64,000 nt of DNA from the NCBI GenBank assembly GCA_963422735.1, contig OY730476.1:128001-192000 (forward strand). The letters are read 5' to 3'. The translations under genes and the position numbers were made by a program. Below, piece after piece: positions 28,065 to 42,656 of the stretch. The first letter of the stretch is position 1. Each line of letters begins with the position of its first letter. Source of the stretch: Candidatus Latescibacterota bacterium. GTDB taxonomy: Bacteria; Latescibacterota; UBA2968; UBA8231. The notes under the pieces were generated by a model, which had not been told where the DNA came from, searched no databases, and saw nothing but the letters and a program-made list of their open reading frames with translations.

Positions 28065-29329
28065 CCGTCGTCTTCGTCGCGTTGGCCGGATTCGAGATCG
28101 CGCTCTAGGCGGAGCGCGTAGTCTTTGAGCTCGGATCGGTGTACTTGTAGGTCTGGGCTGTTGTCGATGTAGCGGTCGAGGGCCTCGCCTAGCCCGGCTT
28201 CCTCGCTGATTTCGGCGCGGCGTTGGCGCACTTCCGGGGCGAAGCGCGGCTGGATGGAGGCGACATGGAAGGCCGGTTCGAGCACCTGTCGCACCTGTTG
28301 TAAGTCCACCGGTGTGGAGTAGCCTGCAGGTAGGTCGTAGAGGACGCGGACTACGGCGTCTGCCAGATCAGCCTCGGCGCAGGCCGAGACGATGCGCTCG
28401 GTGGCGTCTTGGCCATCGAGCACCTTTAGCTTGATGGTTGCAAAGTGCCGCGCCGGGACGGGGACGAACTCAAAAGTGGTCGCCCGGCCCCTCGGTGCGC
28501 TTGCGTCCTCTGCGATGCGTACGTGGCAAAAGCCCTTGTCTTCGCCTTCCTCGCCAAAGTCGATGCGCTCTAGGCTGCCCGAATAGATCACGGGCGGATG
28601 TTGGCCGGGGTTGAGGTCTTGGTATTTGTGAATGTGCCCCAAGGCGACGTAGTCGTAGGCGGGATTGGCAAGGGTGCTGGTGAGCAAAACGGGGTCTTGG
28701 CCGATAATGGCGGTGCGTTCGCCTCCAGAATAGACGGCGTCAGCGGCAGCGAGATGGGCAACGAGTACGCCCGGCAGCTTGGGGTCGAGCTGCCGGGCGT
28801 ACTCGTCGATCTGGGCCGCGTAGATCTTTTGGATCTTGACGCGGAGTTCCTCTAGCGACAGGTCGCGGTATTCGTCGCGAGTGAGTAGGGCGTGGCGCGT
28901 CGGCCAAGGTAGGCCGGCTACTTGCACCGGGCCGTTGGACGTTTCGATCCGCAGGAACTCCGGGCGGCGGATCACATGAGTACCCTCTAGCTGTAGGGTG
29001 CTGAAAATGTCAACCGAAGTGGCTTTGCCAAAAGCGCCCGGCGCGTCGTGGTTGCCCACCACCAGCACGATGGGGATGCGGGCCGCTTGTAGGCGCTGAA
29101 GTTGGCGGGCCAAGACGCGCTGGTGGGTCGGGGTCGGATCGCAATTCTTGTACATGTCGCCAGCGAAGAGGACCAAATCGACCGCATTTTCAATGGCTAG
29201 GTCGAAGACCGCCTCTAGGCTGGCGGCAAAATCTTGAACCCGCGAATGCAAGCCGGTGCTTGGATCGAGACTGCCGTGGTTTTCGACGCCTAGATGTAGA
29301 TCGGCAAAATGCAGGAGTGTCAATGCCAT
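28061..29329 (-). CDS. sbcD: SbcD/Mre11 nuclease
   Basis: ADLHLG, AGD, GNHD, ALGHIH, YSGS.ERIDFGE; ATG at 29329. Confidence 0.93.
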   Translation of the reverse strand: MALTLLHFADLHLGVENHGSLDPSTGLHSRVQDFAASLEAVFDLAIENAVDLVLFAGDMYKNCDPTPTHQRVLARQLQRLQAARIPIVLVVGNHDAPGAFGKATSVDIFSTLQLEGTHVIRRPEFLRIETSNGPVQVAGLPWPTRHALLTRDEYRDLSLEELRVKIQKIYAAQIDEYARQLDPKLPGVLVAHLAAADAVYSGGERTAIIGQDPVLLTSTLANPAYDYVALGHIHKYQDLNPGQHPPVIYSGSLERIDFGEEGEDKGFCHVRIAEDASAPRGRATTFEFVPVPARHFATIKLKVLDGQDATERIVSACAEADLADAVVRVLYDLPAGYSTPVDLQQVRQVLEPAFHVASIQPRFAPEVRQRRAEISEEAGLGEALDRYIDNSPDLQVHRSELKDYALRLERDLESGQRDEDDG

Positions 29330-29547
29330 GAGACGCGTGAGTGCGTTGGTATTTGGGAAGGGGTGGCTCGAGCTGTAAATTTGTAGATTATTTATTAAAA
29401 GGAGGGCAGTGAACTTGGGCAAGTCCCTTTGCTTGCACCCGGGCATTGTTTTAAGTACATTTTTACTTGCGTTGCGGAAGCGGTAGCGCGCTTCCGCATT
29501 TTTGTGTTAAGTCGCACATGTTGTTCTCTCCTGCTTGAGGCTTGGTA

Positions 29548-30018
29548 ATGAGTGAAGTATATCTTTCGCGAGAAGGTTACGAAAAACTTCAGGTCGAGTT
29601 GAAAGGACTCAAGGAGACCGAACGCCCGGCAGTGCGCCAAGCACTGCAGCGGGCGCGGGAATTTGGCGACCTGTCCGAGAACGCCGAGTATTCGGCAGCT
29701 AAAGAAAGGTTGCTCTTCCTAGAGCAGCGCATCGGCAAGCTCGAAGAGACACTCAGCCGGGCCCGCCTGCTAGAAAACGAGACTATCCCAGAAGACAAGG
29801 TCTATATCGGTGCCACCGTAGAGCTAGAGGACCTCGCGAAGGCGCGACAGCTCACTTACACGCTCGTCGCTCCCGAGGAAGCGGATTTTGAGGCGGGGAA
29901 AATTTCCACGGTTTCGCCGATAGGCAAGGGGTTGCTCGGGCACCAAGAAGGAGAAGAAATCGAGATTGAAGTGCCCGTTGGCAAGCTGCACTACAGGATT
30001 GTCAAGATCACGCGCTGA
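29548..30018 (+). CDS. greA: Transcription elongation factor GreA
   Basis: GDLSENAEY, ISTVSPIGKGLLG. Confidence 0.95.
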   Translation: MSEVYLSREGYEKLQVELKGLKETERPAVRQALQRAREFGDLSENAEYSAAKERLLFLEQRIGKLEETLSRARLLENETIPEDKVYIGATVELEDLAKARQLTYTLVAPEEADFEAGKISTVSPIGKGLLGHQEGEEIEIEVPVGKLHYRIVKITR

Positions 30019-30040
30019 TCGCAAGTGTCCAGTTTACCTG

Positions 30041-30080
30041 GCGACTCCCGGGAAGGTCCGCTCCGGGAGTTTCGCGTTTT
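30041..30080 (+). terminator. Probable terminator after greA
   Basis: ACTCCCGG...CCGGGAGT stem followed by a T-rich tract. Confidence 0.55.
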
Positions 30081-30099
30081 GGTACCGTGCCCGGTCTTC

Positions 30100-30128
30100 T
30101 TGACATATTAAAAAAGCTGTTATATATT
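30100..30128 (+). promoter_or_regulatory. Sigma70 promoter of the tRNA-rpmG-secE operon
   Basis: TTGACA-17 bp-TATATT. Confidence 0.8.
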
Positions 30129-30167
30129 CAAAGTTTTGCAAATTGAACGGGCATTAATCCGGCTCGA

Positions 30168-30244
30168 GCGGGAATAGCTCAGTTGGCTAGAGCGCGAGCC
30201 TTCCAAGCTCGGGGTCGCGGGTTCGAGTCCCGTTTCCCGCTCCA
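30168..30244 (+). tRNA. tRNA-Gly(TCC)
   Basis: Cloverleaf, anticodon loop CTTCCAA, GTTCGAG T-loop, CCA end. Confidence 0.97.
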
Positions 30245-30263
30245 GATCGCTAAAACAATTGCA

Positions 30264-30339
<76 letters not shown>

Positions 30340-30379
30340 CTTTCCTAAGTGCTTCCATCTAAACACGGCAAGTTTTCTA

Positions 30380-30532
30380 ATGCCAAGAGATCAAATAACG
30401 CTGGAGTGCGAAGTATGCAGCCAGCAAAATTACACTACGACCAAAAATAGACGAAGCCAGCCAAGCCGCGTGGAGTACAAAAAATATTGCCGCTTTTGCC
30501 ACAAGCACACGGCCCACAAGGAAGCCCGCTAG
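30380..30532 (+). CDS. rpmG: 50S ribosomal protein L33, Zn-binding form
   Basis: [19 protein letters not shown]...KKYCRFC.KHT.HKE, by manual translation. Confidence 0.95.
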   Translation: MPRDQITLECEVCSQQNYTTTKNRRSQPSRVEYKKYCRFCHKHTAHKEAR

Positions 30533-30536
30533 GCAT

Positions 30537-30612
30537 AGGGCAGTAGCTCAATTGGTAGAGCTCCGGTCTCCAAAACCGGCGGTTGCAGGTTCAAGTCCTG
30601 TCTGCCCTGCCA
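30537..30612 (+). tRNA. tRNA-Trp(CCA)
   Basis: Cloverleaf, loop CTCCAAA, CCA end, canonical position before secE. Confidence 0.97.
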
Positions 30613-30634
30613 GGCTTCTGCATTAGGGAACGGG

Positions 30635-30823
30635 ATGTGGAATAAACTTACTAATTTCGTCAAAGATGTGCGGACCGAATTCTCCAAAGTGAATTGGCCT
30701 ACTCGCGAGGATTTGGTCAGTTCCACTGGAGTGGTATTAGTCTTTTCGGCAGTTTTTGCGGTTTTTATCGGCATGTTCGACCTGATTATCTCCTTTGTTT
30801 GGGGAATACTTCTAGGACAGTAA
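30635..30823 (+). CDS. secE: Preprotein translocase SecE
   Basis: EFSKVNWPTR plus one TM helix. Confidence 0.95.
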   Translation: MWNKLTNFVKDVRTEFSKVNWPTREDLVSSTGVVLVFSAVFAVFIGMFDLIISFVWGILLGQ

Positions 30824-30925
30824 TTCCCGCTAGGGCCTATCTAAGGGAAGCGGCGCATAGCATGATACACCGCTTCTTTTCCTTGTTTACGCTCGGCAAA
30901 CGGGAGCTAACACCGGATTGAGGCC

Positions 30926-31471
30926 ATGGCACAGTGCTGGTACGCTCTGCATACGTATTCGGGGCACGAAAATAAAGTAAAGACCTATTTGGAGTCGCTC
31001 ATTGAGTCGGAGGCTGCCAACGGTGCAATTGCTCAGGTCGTCGTGCCGACTGAGGAAGTGGTCGAACTTCGTGCCGGCAAGAAAACCAAGACTAGGAAGC
31101 GGTTTTTGCCTAGTTATGTGCTGGTGGAAATGGAAATGTCCAAAGACGCTTGGTACCAGGTGACTAACATTCCCGGGGTGACCAACTTCGTCGGCCCAGC
31201 GCGCAAGCCGCAACCGCTGCGGCAGGAGGAAATTGACCGCATCTTGGGGCATGTCGACCGCCGCAAAGACCAAGATATCGAAGAGATTCCCTTTACCGTC
31301 GACGATCAAGTCAAGGTCAACGACGGCGCGTTCAAGGATTTTATCGGCACCGTGCAGGAGGTGCTGCCGGAGAAGCGCAGGTTGAAAATCATGGTAAGCA
31401 TCTTTGGACGCGGTACATCGGTGGAATTGGACGTGTTGCAGGTCGAGCCGGTCCAAGATGCGGTCGGCTGA
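30926..31471 (+). CDS. nusG: Transcription factor NusG
   Basis: WYALHTYSGHENKVK, PGVTNFVG, KOW domain. Confidence 0.97.
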   Translation: MAQCWYALHTYSGHENKVKTYLESLIESEAANGAIAQVVVPTEEVVELRAGKKTKTRKRFLPSYVLVEMEMSKDAWYQVTNIPGVTNFVGPARKPQPLRQEEIDRILGHVDRRKDQDIEEIPFTVDDQVKVNDGAFKDFIGTVQEVLPEKRRLKIMVSIFGRGTSVELDVLQVEPVQDAVG

Positions 31472-31493
31472 TTCTCAGAGGGGTAGTAAATAA

Positions 31494-31916
31494 ATGGCTA
31501 AAAAGGAAATAGCCCAGATCAAGTTGCAGGTTCCGGCCGGTCAGGCGAATCCGACGCCGCCCGTTGGGCCGGCGCTGGGTCAACACGGCGTCAATATCAT
31601 GGAATTCTGCAAGACCTTCAATGCCCAGACCCAAGACCAGCAGGGATTGATCATTCCCGTAGTCATTGCGGTGTACGCCGATCGCACGTTTTCGTTTATC
31701 ACCAAGACACCGCCGGCTGCGGTGCTGCTTTTGCGGGCTGCTGGGCAACCCAAAGGGTCGGGCGTGCCGAACAGGGACCATGTCGGCGTTGTATCTTCGG
31801 ACCAAGTGCGCGACATCGCCGAATTGAAAATGCCCGATTTGAACGCAGCCTCAATGGAAGCCGCGATGTCGATGATCGCGGGGACGGCCCGCAGCATGGG
31901 GCTCTTGATCGAGTAG
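31494..31916 (+). CDS. rplK: 50S ribosomal protein L11
   Basis: [19 protein letters not shown]. Confidence 0.98.
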   Translation: MAKKEIAQIKLQVPAGQANPTPPVGPALGQHGVNIMEFCKTFNAQTQDQQGLIIPVVIAVYADRTFSFITKTPPAAVLLLRAAGQPKGSGVPNRDHVGVVSSDQVRDIAELKMPDLNAASMEAAMSMIAGTARSMGLLIE

Positions 31917-31953
31917 TTGCTTCGCATCGCAACCCCCATAAGAGGTTTAAGAT

Positions 31954-32652
31954 ATGGCCAGAGGAAAAAAATACAGGAATGCCTTGACATCTTTCGACCG
32001 TGACAAGGCCTATTCGTGGGAAGAGGGGGTTACGATCCTCAAGGGATTCCCAGCGTACAATCACGATCCGACCATTGAGCTTTCTTGCAACCTAGGGATC
32101 GATGGCCGACAGGCCGACCAAGCACTGCGCGGCACGGTGATGTTACCCCACGGCACCGGGAAGGAACTCCGGGTCTTAGTCATTACCCAAGGACCGCTAG
32201 TGAAGGAAGCCCAAGACGCCGGGGCCGATTTCATCGGCGGAGCCGATATGGCCGAGAAAATCCAGGCCGGTTGGCTCGATTTCGACCTAGTCATTGCCTC
32301 TCCAGATATGATGGGGCAGGTAGGTAAGTTGGGGAGGATCTTGGGGCCGCGGGGCCTGATGCCCAATCCCAAGATCGGCACAGTAACGCGCGAAGTGGCC
32401 CAAGCAGTCCGCGAGGCCAAGGCCGGCCGCATTGAATACCGCGCCGATAGCAAGTCCGGTAACAACGCCCAAGGTCCTATCGGCAAGCTGTCCTTTACCG
32501 ATCAGGCACTGATCGAAAACGCCCAAGCGTTTACTGACGCCCTTTTGCGCGCCAAGCCGGCCGCGGCAAAAGGGCAGTACATCCGCAAGTTAGTCCTCTC
32601 ATCGGCACTCGGGCCGGGCATCAAGATCGACCGAGCCCAGTTCGCTGCATAA
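31954..32652 (+). CDS. rplA: 50S ribosomal protein L1
   Basis: LPHGTGK, LGPRGLMPNPK. Confidence 0.98.
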   Translation: MARGKKYRNALTSFDRDKAYSWEEGVTILKGFPAYNHDPTIELSCNLGIDGRQADQALRGTVMLPHGTGKELRVLVITQGPLVKEAQDAGADFIGGADMAEKIQAGWLDFDLVIASPDMMGQVGKLGRILGPRGLMPNPKIGTVTREVAQAVREAKAGRIEYRADSKSGNNAQGPIGKLSFTDQALIENAQAFTDALLRAKPAAAKGQYIRKLVLSSALGPGIKIDRAQFAA

Positions 32653-32667
32653 AGGAGGCTCTGTACT

Positions 32668-33201
32668 ATGGCGACGGCAGAGAAAGAAGCGAAAGTAGAA
32701 GAATTGAAGGCCATTATGGCTGAGGCCAAGGGCTTCTATTTGGCCGATTTTACGGGTATTGACGTAGCCGCAGTGACCGAGCTGCGCAACAAGCTGCGCG
32801 ATGCCGACGTCCAATACCAAGTGATCAAAAATCGCTTGGCCATCCGTGCGGCCGAGGAAGTGGGCATCGCCAGCCTCAAAGAGTATTTCGCCGGGCCTAC
32901 GGCCATAGCCTACTCAAAAGAAGATCCCATCGCACCGGCCAAAATTCTGCAAGACTTCGTCACCGACGGTGGGAAAATTCAGATCAAGACCGGCCTTATG
33001 GAAGGCGAAGTCCTCACTGCCGATAGAGTCGAGATGTTGGCCAAGCTGCCCTCTAAGGAAGAATTGCTAGGCAAAGTAGTCGCCAGCGTCCAGAGCCCGC
33101 TCTACGGGCTAAGCGGTGTCTTGAATGGGTTGCTCAGGGGCTTGGTCGGCGCGTTGTCGGCCATCGAAAAGCAACGGGCAGAAGGCGGGGAAAACGCCTG
33201 A
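32668..33201 (+). CDS. rplJ: 50S ribosomal protein L10
   Basis: VIKNRL, LAKLPSKEEL, and position. Confidence 0.95.
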   Translation: MATAEKEAKVEELKAIMAEAKGFYLADFTGIDVAAVTELRNKLRDADVQYQVIKNRLAIRAAEEVGIASLKEYFAGPTAIAYSKEDPIAPAKILQDFVTDGGKIQIKTGLMEGEVLTADRVEMLAKLPSKEELLGKVVASVQSPLYGLSGVLNGLLRGLVGALSAIEKQRAEGGENA

Positions 33202-33258
33202 TTCCCATTCGTTCCTCATTAACAAACTCAAATACGGATATACAGGAGGCTGTATCCC

Positions 33259-33666
33259 ATGACTGAAGAAACCACTGCCACCACCGCCAACAGCAAGGTA
33301 GGCGAAATCATTGACACCATCGGCGGCCTGACCGTCCTAGAGTTGGCCGAGTTGGTCAAAGCTCTCGAAGACAGGTTCGGCGTGTCGGCCGCAGCACCTG
33401 TGATTATGGCTGGCGCAATGCCCAGCGATGGCGGCGAAGAGGCCGCCGAGGAGAAGGATTCCTTTGACGTCGTGCTCACTAGTGTCGGTGAGAAGAAGAT
33501 TCAAGTCATCAAGGTCGTCCGCGAGATTACCAGCTTGGGACTGAAAGAGGCCAAAGCCCTCGTCGACGAGGCACCCAAGCCCGTCAAGGAAGGAGCGACC
33601 AAGGAAGAAGCCGAAGAAATCCAGAACCGGTTGCAGGACGCCGGGGCCACAGTAGAACTCCAATAG
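33259..33666 (+). CDS. rplL: 50S ribosomal protein L7/L12
   Basis: [19 protein letters not shown]. Confidence 0.98.
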   Translation: MTEETTATTANSKVGEIIDTIGGLTVLELAELVKALEDRFGVSAAAPVIMAGAMPSDGGEEAAEEKDSFDVVLTSVGEKKIQVIKVVREITSLGLKEAKALVDEAPKPVKEGATKEEAEEIQNRLQDAGATVELQ

Positions 33667-33724
33667 GGAACTGCTGCGGATACAGTAGTTCATCTGTTCA
33701 TACCTGCTTTTCTGCAGCGCGCAT

Positions 33725-33754
33725 TCATGGAGCTATTGGCCGATAGCTCCATGA
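33725..33754 (+). promoter_or_regulatory. Hairpin between rplL and rpoB (attenuator or processing site)
   Basis: TCATGGAGCTAT-6 nt-ATAGCTCCATGA, a perfect 12-bp stem. Confidence 0.55.
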
Positions 33755-33790
33755 GCATTTGCCTTAAACCACCAATTGAGGAGTTGGACT

Positions 33791-37570
<3,780 letters not shown>

Positions 37571-37608
37571 ATCGCAGAGCATTCGCATAAAGTGCAAAGG
37601 GGGTACCA

Positions 37609-40600
37609 GTGTTACAGACTGCCAATGCATCGCGCAAACCGACTGATTTCGATTCCATCCGCATTCAGCTAGCTTCTCCCGAGACCATTCGCGCTTGGTC
37701 GCAAGGCGAGGTCACTAAGCCCGAGACGATCAACTACCGCTCCTTCAAACCGGAGCGCGACGGGTTGTTCTGCGAACGCATCTTCGGTCCGGTCAAGGAC
37801 TGGAACTGCCACTGCGGCAAGTACAAGGGCATCCGTTATCGCGGCGTAGTATGTGACCGTTGCGGTGTCGAGGTCACACAGGTCAAGGTTCGCCGCGAGC
37901 GCCTTGGCCATATCGAACTGGCCGTACAGGTTTCCCACATCTGGTATTTCAAGTCGCTGCCTTCGCGCATCGGTGCTCTACTCGACATCTCGATGCGCAA
38001 CCTCGAGCGCATCCTCTACTACGAGTCCTATGTCGTTATTGACCCGCGAGGTGCCCCTGTGGAGGAGTTACAGCTTTTGACTGAGGAGGATCTCGGCGAG
38101 GTGCAGGACGCAGGCGGCGATCCCGAAGTCGATATGGGAGCACCAGCGGTCAAGCGACTCTTAGAGCAGATCGATATCGAAGAGCTCTCGGCCGAGTTGC
38201 GAACCTTGGTCAGGATGGAGAGCTCGATCCAGCGCAAGCAAGAGGCGCTCAAGCGGCTCAAGGTCGTCGAGGCCTTCCGCCAGTCCGAGAACCGGCCCGA
38301 GTGGATGATCCTCGACAATATCCCGGTCATTCCGCCGGATCTGCGTCCCTTGGTCCCCCTAGAGGGCGGTCGCTTCGCTACTTCCGACCTCAACGATCTC
38401 TACCGCCGAGTCATCAATCGCAACAATCGCTTGAAGAAGCTGATCAACATCAAGGCCCCCGAGGTTATTCTGCGCAACGAGAAGAGGATGCTTCAGGAAG
38501 CCGTTGACGCCCTCTTCGACAACGGACGTCGCTCGCGGGCTGTGCGCGGCGACGGCAATCGTTCGCTCAAGTCGCTCAGCGACCTGCTCAAGGGCAAGCA
38601 GGGCCGTTTTCGCCAAAACTTGCTGGGCAAGCGCGTTGACTATTCGGGCCGTTCGGTCATCGTCGTCGGTCCAGAGCTCAAACTGTACCAGTGCGGCCTA
38701 CCCAAGGGCATGGCACTAGAACTGTTTAAGCCCTTTGTGATCAAAAAGTTAGAAGAAAAAGGGCTGGTGCAAACCGTCAAGAGTGCCAAGAAATTGGTCG
38801 AGCGCGAACGCCCAGAGGTCTGGGACATTCTCGAGGAGATCATTCGCGACCACTGCGTATTGCTCAATCGGGCACCGACTTTGCACAAGTTGGGCATTCA
38901 GGCTTTTCAGCCCATTCTCGTCGAGGGTAAGGCCATTCGCCTGCACCCGTTGGTCTGCGCCGCCTTTAATGCCGACTTCGATGGCGACCAGATGGCCGTA
39001 CATGTCCCGCTCTCGTTTGAGTCCCAGATCGAGGCGAGGCTCCTAATGCTTTCTACCAACAACATCCTCAAGCCGGCCGATGGCGAGCCGGTGATTATGG
39101 ACAATCCTCAGGATATTGTACTCGGCAGTTATTACCTGACCAAGGTACGCTTTAGTGAATCCCGTGGAGCCGAGCGCAGCTTTACCAATAAGATCGAGGC
39201 GGTTGCGGCTTTTGAATCGGGCCGCATTACCTTGCACCAGCCGATCGTGGTGTGCATTGATGGCGAGATGGTAAATACGACCGTCGGTCGCTTGCTCTTC
39301 AACGAGGTGCTACCGGAGGAAATCGGCTTCATCAACCGCACGGTTGACAAGGGCGATATCAAGAAGATCACCTCTAAGGTACATCGCCTACTGGGCAACA
39401 GACGCACGGCCGAGTTTGTCGATCAGCTCAAAAGCGTGGGCTACCACTACGCGACGCTGTCTGGTGTATCCATCGCCGTTGACGATGTAGTTGTACCCGA
39501 TACTAAAGCCAAGCTCATTGACGGGGCGCTCAAGGAAGTGGAGAAAGTCCGCGATCAGTACGCCAACGGCATCATCACTGACGGTGAGCGCTATAACAAG
39601 ATTATCGACATCTGGATGCATTCCACATCTGCGGTCTCGCGCGCTGTGCAGAGTGCGCTTGAGGAAGCCGAAGAGGGCTTTAACTCAGTTTACATTATGA
39701 AGGATTCCGGCGCACGCGGCAGTGAGGATCAGATCAAACAGCTAGGCGGCATGCGCGGCTTGATGAACAAGCCGCAGAAAAAGCTGACCGGTGCCGTCGG
39801 CGAAATTATCGAAACACCGATTATCGCCTCTTTCAAAGAGGGACTGTCGGTACTCGAGTACTTTATCTCGACCCACGGGGCGCGCAAGGGCTTGGCTGAT
39901 ACGGCCCTGAAGACGGCGGAAGCCGGGTATCTGACTCGTCGGATGGTCGATGTGGCCCAAGATGTGGTGATCAGTGAAGATGACTGCATGACTAGCCAAG
40001 GGCTGAAAACCGGGGCTCTCAAGGACGGCGAGGAGGTAATCGAGCCGCTAGCCGACCGCATCGTCGGCCGCGTGTTGCAGGAGGATGCCCTCGACGCCGA
40101 CGGCAATGTGGTGGCCCAAGCGGGCGTCCTGTTGGAAGAGGAAGATGCCAATCGCATTGCCCAAGCTGGCATTGAAGAAGTGATCATCCGCTCGGTGCTC
40201 ACATGCGAGTCCGAGCGCGGCGTGTGCATCAAGTGCTATGGGCGCAACATGGCTACTGGCCGCGAGATCAATGTGGGCGAGGCAGTTGGGGTCGTGGCCG
40301 CGCAGAGTATTGGTGAGCCTGGTACTCAGCTAACGTTGCGAACTTTTCACATCGGCGGTACGGCCAGCCGCATTGCCGAACAGTCTCAGATCACCGCTCG
40401 CCGGGCCGGCCGCATCCAATTTTCCAATGTCGATGCGGTGCAAAACCCGACCGCTGGCGTCACGGTCGTCGGGCGCAACGGCGAAATCGGGTTGCTCGAC
40501 GAACAGAATCGAGTGAGAGCGCGGATCAACGCCCCTTATGGCGCAGTGCTCAAGGTCGAAGATGGCGAGCAAGTCGAAATGGGGCAGGTGCTGTACGAAT

Positions 40601-41712
40601 GGGATCCATACAACAATGTGATCCTCACCGACCGCCCGGGCCGGATCAAGTTCAACGATATCATTGCCGGAGTAACTATGCGCGAGGAATTCGACGAAAG
40701 CACGGGCATGAGCGTCCGCGGCATCGTCGAACAGCGCGACCGCTCCCTGAGTCCGCAGATTGAGATCGAGAGTGAGGAACATCTCGATCTCGCGCGGCGA
40801 ACCGGATCCCGTTCCTATATCATTCCGGTCGGTGCTCGTCTTCTAGTCGAAGATGGCGATCAAGTCGAGCCGGGGCAGGTGTTGGTCAAGATCCCGCGCG
40901 AGCGTTCCAAGACGCGCGACATCACCGGTGGTTTGCCGCGCGTTGCTGAGCTCTTTGAGGCACGCCGACCCAAGGAACCTGCGGTAATATCGGAAATCGA
41001 CGGCACTGTGAGCTTCGGTGGCCTAGTTCGCGGCAACCGCGAACTGTTCGTCACCCCGCTGGACGGCGAGAAAAAGAAATACTCGGTGCCCTACGGCAAG
41101 CACCTGCGCGTACACGAAGGCGATCGGGTCGAAGCAGGCGAGCGCCTCTCCGAGGGTTCGGTCAATCCGCACGATATTTTGCGAGTCCAAGGCGTGAATA
41201 AGGTACAGGAGTATTTGGTCAACGAAATTCAGGATGTCTACCGCTTACAGGCCGTGGAGATCAACGACAAGCACATTGAGGTGATCGTTAAACAGATGCT
41301 GCAAAAGGTGCGCATCATCGACCCGGGCGACACGAATTTTCTCGAAGGAGAGGAAGTGGATAAGATCCGCTTCAACAGGGAAAATGACAAAGTCCTCTAC
41401 GAGGGCGGTGACCCGGCTACCTGCCAGCCGATCCTTCTAGGCATTACCCGCGCCTCTTTGCGCACGGATAGCTTTATCTCTGCCGCCTCCTTCCAAGAGA
41501 CGACGCGCGTGTTGACCGAGGCGGCCGTGCAAGGCAAGATAGACCATCTGCGCGGCCTTAAAGAAAACGTCATTATCGGCCGCTTGATCCCAGCCGGCAC
41601 GGGTGATAAGTCCAACCAGGATATCACCTATGAGAGCTTGGAGCCCGAGGGCAATGGCAAAGCCGAGTTGCCCGAAGTTGCGGCTACGGAAACGGGTGTT
41701 TTGGGCGAGTAG
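37609..41712 (+). CDS. rpoC: RNA polymerase beta' subunit
   Basis: [10 protein letters not shown] catalytic motif. Confidence 0.99.
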   Translation: MLQTANASRKPTDFDSIRIQLASPETIRAWSQGEVTKPETINYRSFKPERDGLFCERIFGPVKDWNCHCGKYKGIRYRGVVCDRCGVEVTQVKVRRERLGHIELAVQVSHIWYFKSLPSRIGALLDISMRNLERILYYESYVVIDPRGAPVEELQLLTEEDLGEVQDAGGDPEVDMGAPAVKRLLEQIDIEELSAELRTLVRMESSIQRKQEALKRLKVVEAFRQSENRPEWMILDNIPVIPPDLRPLVPLEGGRFATSDLNDLYRRVINRNNRLKKLINIKAPEVILRNEKRMLQEAVDALFDNGRRSRAVRGDGNRSLKSLSDLLKGKQGRFRQNLLGKRVDYSGRSVIVVGPELKLYQCGLPKGMALELFKPFVIKKLEEKGLVQTVKSAKKLVERERPEVWDILEEIIRDHCVLLNRAPTLHKLGIQAFQPILVEGKAIRLHPLVCAAFNADFDGDQMAVHVPLSFESQIEARLLMLSTNNILKPADGEPVIMDNPQDIVLGSYYLTKVRFSESRGAERSFTNKIEAVAAFESGRITLHQPIVVCIDGEMVNTTVGRLLFNEVLPEEIGFINRTVDKGDIKKITSKVHRLLGNRRTAEFVDQLKSVGYHYATLSGVSIAVDDVVVPDTKAKLIDGALKEVEKVRDQYANGIITDGERYNKIIDIWMHSTSAVSRAVQSALEEAEEGFNSVYIMKDSGARGSEDQIKQLGGMRGLMNKPQKKLTGAVGEIIETPIIASFKEGLSVLEYFISTHGARKGLADTALKTAEAGYLTRRMVDVAQDVVISEDDCMTSQGLKTGALKDGEEVIEPLADRIVGRVLQEDALDADGNVVAQAGVLLEEEDANRIAQAGIEEVIIRSVLTCESERGVCIKCYGRNMATGREINVGEAVGVVAAQSIGEPGTQLTLRTFHIGGTASRIAEQSQITARRAGRIQFSNVDAVQNPTAGVTVVGRNGEIGLLDEQNRVRARINAPYGAVLKVEDGEQVEMGQVLYEWDPYNNVILTDRPGRIKFNDIIAGVTMREEFDESTGMSVRGIVEQRDRSLSPQIEIESEEHLDLARRTGSRSYIIPVGARLLVEDGDQVEPGQVLVKIPRERSKTRDITGGLPRVAELFEARRPKEPAVISEIDGTVSFGGLVRGNRELFVTPLDGEKKKYSVPYGKHLRVHEGDRVEAGERLSEGSVNPHDILRVQGVNKVQEYLVNEIQDVYRLQAVEINDKHIEVIVKQMLQKVRIIDPGDTNFLEGEEVDKIRFNRENDKVLYEGGDPATCQPILLGITRASLRTDSFISAASFQETTRVLTEAAVQGKIDHLRGLKENVIIGRLIPAGTGDKSNQDITYESLEPEGNGKAELPEVAATETGVLGE

Positions 41713-41714
41713 TA

Positions 41715-41743
41715 TTGACAGTTATACAATTTGTATCTAAGTT
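41715..41743 (+). promoter_or_regulatory. str operon promoter
   Basis: TTGACA-17 bp-TAAGTT; the spacer contains the inverted repeat ATACAA-T-TTGTAT. Confidence 0.65.
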
Positions 41744-41786
41744 ATAAGTTTGCTATTTATTACGGAATGACAAGGAGAAACAGCGT

Positions 41787-42158
41787 TTGCCAACGGTTAG
41801 CCAACTGGTCCGCAAAAGCCGGCAAAAATCACTGAAAAAGACGGACTCTCCAGCGTTGAGAGGTTGTCCTCAGCGCCGCGGCGTTTGTACGCGCGTTTAC
41901 ACTCAGACGCCTAAGAAGCCCAATTCGGCCCTGCGCAAGATGGCTCGTGTGCGTTTGACTACGGGGATTGAAGTCACGGCTTATGTTCCAGGCGAGGGCC
42001 ACACGCTTCAGGAGCACTCCATCGTTTTGGTACGCGGGGGCCGGATCAAGGATTGCCCCGGTGTGCGCTACCATATCGTGCGCGGAGTCCTCGATGCGAC
42101 GGGTGTGGCCGACCGCCGCCAAGGTCGCTCCAAGTATGGCACCCGGCGGCCAACCTAA
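41787..42158 (+). CDS. rpsL: 30S ribosomal protein S12
   Basis: [11 protein letters not shown]. Confidence 0.98.
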   Translation: MPTVSQLVRKSRQKSLKKTDSPALRGCPQRRGVCTRVYTQTPKKPNSALRKMARVRLTTGIEVTAYVPGEGHTLQEHSIVLVRGGRIKDCPGVRYHIVRGVLDATGVADRRQGRSKYGTRRPT

Positions 42159-42169
42159 GAGTACAAGCA

Positions 42170-42640
42170 ATGTCGCGGCGTAAAAAAGCAATCAAACGCA
42201 AGCTGCTGCCGGACCCGAAGTTCCACAATGTCTTGGCGGCGAGGTTTGTAAATTCGCTGATGAAGCAAGGCAAGAAGAGCGTGGCCGAGCGCATATTCTA
42301 CGACTCTATTGATTTGGTCGCCGAGCGCAGTGGCCAAGATGGGATAGATGTCTTCCAGAAGGCGCTAGAAAACGCGAAGCCCATCGTCATGGTTAAATCG
42401 CGTCGAGTTGGTGGCCAGACCTATCAGGTACCGGTCGAAATGCGGCCGGATGAACGCACGGCGCGTTCGATTCGCTGGTTGATTCGCTTTGCCCGCGAGC
42501 GCTCTGAGCGCACCATGGCCGAGCGGTTGGCCAATGAGTTTATCGCTGCGTCAAGAGGGGAAGGTGGGGCTGTGCGGATGAAGGAAGACATCCACCGCAT
42601 GGCCGAGGCGAACAAGGCCTTCGCCCACTACAGATTTTAG
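42170..42640 (+). CDS. rpsG: 30S ribosomal protein S7
   Basis: [25 protein letters not shown]. Confidence 0.98.
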   Translation: MSRRKKAIKRKLLPDPKFHNVLAARFVNSLMKQGKKSVAERIFYDSIDLVAERSGQDGIDVFQKALENAKPIVMVKSRRVGGQTYQVPVEMRPDERTARSIRWLIRFARERSERTMAERLANEFIAASRGEGGAVRMKEDIHRMAEANKAFAHYRF

Positions 42641-42656
42641 GGAGTTCTCAGGGGAA

